From: Eledone cirrhosa
Lineage: Eukaryota
DNA: 64,000 nucleotides
Assembly (NCBI GenBank): GCA_964016885.1
Contig: OZ024742.1
Coordinates: 322,462,001-322,526,000 of the forward strand
Direction: 5' to 3'
Shown: positions 55,651 to 64,000 of the stretch, one piece after another
How positions within the stretch are numbered: position 1 is the first letter of the stretch
Layout of the letters: each line of letters opens with the position of its first letter
Made by a program: the position numbers and the translations under genes
The notes under the pieces: generated by a model
What the model was told of the DNA's origin: nothing
Databases searched by the model: none
Seen by the model: the letters and a program-made list of their open reading frames with translations, nothing else

Positions 55651-57309
55651 ATCATCATCATCATCAGCGTTTAACGTCCGTGTTCCACGCTTGCATGGGT
55701 TTGGACGGGGTAGTCCCACTTGAGGCAAGAGTGATTGTCTTGCTCGCATAGGACTGTCTGGCAGGTTTTCTACAGTTGGATGCCCTTCCTAACACCAACC
55801 ACATTTACAGTGTGGGTCTGGGAGGTTTTTACCGTGTTGCCTACACGGCCACATTACAGCGTGGACTGTGTGTTTTTTTGTCGTGACACCTACACGATCT
55901 CATTTGTTTCGGCCTCGATGGCGCGGCACCAACATAACTTTACATAGAACGGGGTGGTGTGGATCGGGTGGGGGTGGTGGGACGGGGTGTATTTGTTAGA
56001 GATGCCTACTGGCTGGAGTAGGTTTTACTATATATTTAGGTAAGGCGGGTCTTCTCTGTTACTGAGTACCGCCAAAGGTCTCGGTCCAGTGACATTGTCT
56101 TGGAGAGGTGTAAGTGTGTGATGTCGGAGTTTATCAGCTCGTCCAGGTTTTTCTAGGTCTGCTATTCCGTGACTACCGTCTATCTTTATTGCCCTGCACT
56201 TTGTTATACAGCTATCGACTTTCATGCGCTCACGTGTCCATACCAAACGTAGCCTTCTCTCGAGTAAACAACATCTGATCCCTCTTATCTCTAATTTTTT
56301 CCTTAGTTCGTTTATGCTTTGCCGTTCACGTATATTACTGTTACACATCCAGCGGAGCATGCAAGCTTCGTTCCTCTCTAGTCTGCGTATATCCTCTGCA
56401 CACAATGCCCAGGTCTCACTGCCATGCAGCATTGCTGTTCGTATGCAGGCATCGTACAACCTGCCTTTCATTTTTAGTGAGAACCCTTTAGCAGCTAATA
56501 GTGGTATAAGCTCTCTGAACTTTTTCCAACCAGTTCTGACTCTAGCTACAGTACTTTCAGAGCACCCTCCCCACTGCTGATTTTATCGCCCAGGTAACGG
56601 AAGCTGTCCACTATTTCTATAGAACCCTCTGCGCAATTGAAAGAGCTAGTAGTTTGTGGGCACTTGCTGCTACTTATTGCACCAGAGCACCGGCCACATG
56701 TAAAATCTATGTTCTTAGTTAGCCTACCTGTGATCCCACTACATCTTTTATGCACCCATACTTTGCATTTAGGACATAAAATGGAGTTTCTACCTACGCC
56801 TTTCCTACACACCGAGCACGACCATTTCCCAGAAGGGACCGCCGCCTTGTTTTCTTCCTACAAACTAGTACTTTGGTCTTAGCCAGGTTAATTTTAAGTC
56901 CTTTTGACTCTAGGCCGTGCTTCCATGTTTGGAATTTCTTCTCTAGCTCGGCATTGATTCCGCTATGAGTGTCAGGTCGTCTGCGTATAGGAGTTCCCAT
57001 GGGCAGCCTGTCTTGAACTCCTCTGTTATGGCCTGAAGGGCAATAATAAATAGTAGTGGACTGAGAACAGAGCCCTGATGGACGCCGACTTTTACGCTAA
57101 ACTCTTCACTATATTCGTTGTTAATTCTAACCTTGCTGACTGTTTCTTTATACATGGCTTGTATAGCCCTCACAAGCCATTCGTCAACGCCTAGTTTTCT
57201 AAGAGCCACCAGATAATGGAGCGGGGGACTCTGTCGAAGGCTTTCTCCAAGTCGACAAAAGCTAAGTAGAGGGGTTTACCTTTAGCTAGGTACTTCTCTT
57301 GTAGTTGTC

Positions 57310-57310
<1 letters not shown>
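55650..57310 (-). mobile_element. 5'-truncated RTE LINE copy (frameshifted), both ends in (TA)n
   Basis: RQLQEKY...FVDLEKAFDRVPR...GVHQGSVLSPLLF...LLYADDL, 3' UTR and (CAT)n tail. Confidence 0.93.
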
Positions 57311-62870
<5,560 letters not shown>

Positions 62871-63243
62871 CTAAGAACATAGATTTTACATGTGGCCGGT
62901 GTTCTGGTGCAATAGGCAGCAGCAAGTGCCCACAAAATACTAGCTCTTTCAATTGCGCAGAGGGTTCTATAGAAATAGTGGACAGCTTCCGTTACCTGGG
63001 CGATAAAATCAGCAGTGAGGGAGGGTGCTCTGAAAGTACTGTAGCTAGAGTCAGAACTGGTTGGAAAAAGTTCAGAGAGCTTATACCACTATTAGCTGCT
63101 AAAGGGTTCTCCCTAAAAATGAAGGCAGGTTGTACGATGCCTGCATACGAACAGCAATGTGCATGGCAGTGAGACCTGGGCATTGTGTGCAGAGGATATA
63201 CGCAGACTAGAGAGGAACGAAGCTTGCATGCTCCGCTGGATGT
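62871..63243 (+). mobile_element. Internal RTE fragment in + orientation
   Basis: [14 protein letters not shown]...FRELIPLL...[26 protein letters not shown]. Confidence 0.9.
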
Positions 63244-63259
63244 CAGAACTGGTTGGAAA

Positions 63260-64000
63260 CACAATGCCCAGGTCTCACTGCCATGCAACATTGCTGTTCG
63301 TATGCAGGCATCGTACAACCTGCCTTTCATTTTTAGGGAGAACCCTTTAGCGGCTAATAGTGGTATAAGCTCTCTGAACTTTTTCCACCCAGTTCTGACT
63401 CTAGCTACTGTACTTTCAGAGCACCCTCCCCCACTGCTGATTTTGTCACCCAGGTAACGTAAGCTGTCCACTATTTCTATAGAACCCTCTGCGCAGTTGA
63501 AAGAGCTAGTATTTGTGGGCACTTGCTGCTACTTATTGCACCAGAGCACCGGCCACATGTAAAATCTATGTTCTTAGTTAGCTTACCTGTGATCCCACTA
63601 CATCTTTTATGCACCCATACTTTGCATTTGGGACACAAAATAGAGTTTCTACCTACGCCTTTCCTACACACTGAGCATGGCCACTTCCCGGAAGGGACCG
63701 CCGCCTTATTTTCTTTCTTGTTTTCTTTCTTACAAACTAGAACTTTAGTCTTAGCCAGGTTAATTTTAAGGCTTTTGTTTCTATGCCGTGCTTCCATGTT
63801 TGGAATTTCTTCTCTAGCTCGGCCATTGATTCAGCTATGAGTGTTAGGTCATCTGCGTATAGGAGTTCCCATGGGCAACCGGTCTTGAACTCCTCTGTTA
63901 TAGCCTGAAGGGCAATAATAAATAGTAGGGGGCTGAGAACAGAGCCCTGATGGACGCCAACTTTTACGCTAAACTCTTCACTATATTCGTTGTTAATTCT
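63260..64000 (-). mobile_element. RTE LINE copy lacking its 3' end; continues beyond the window
   Basis: Colinear with 56401-57128 (QGSVLSP, YADD, PHD-like insert). Confidence 0.92.

Overview
AT-rich eukaryotic (metazoan) intergenic or intronic DNA. The SINE families, RTE LINEs and giant (TA)n arrays suggest an octopod cephalopod, but that is inference. I could not support any host protein-coding gene: almost every long ORF in the track is a microsatellite read-through. The window is a layered mobile-element landscape. It holds old SINEs, piggyBac- and hAT-type MITEs and LINE relics, plus two (TA)n 'nests' (15.5-23.3 kb and 46.8-64 kb) with the youngest insertions. Those are RTE LINE copies with a PHD-like finger inside the RT, a Penelope-like GIY-YIG element ending in a candidate hammerhead ribozyme with a long branched stem II, a near full-length Tx1/L1 element in (TATC)n, a non-coding hairpin-ended retroposon, and two fold-back half-hammerhead elements. 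The least expected item is a decayed Transib/RAG1-like transposon at 42649-44790. It has a CACATTG left terminus, a 5-bp CRGTG target duplication that splits a SINE, and a relic of the RAG1-type catalytic-Glu motif. A 200-N assembly gap lies at 15094-15293. All family assignments come from reading motifs by eye, not from database searches.
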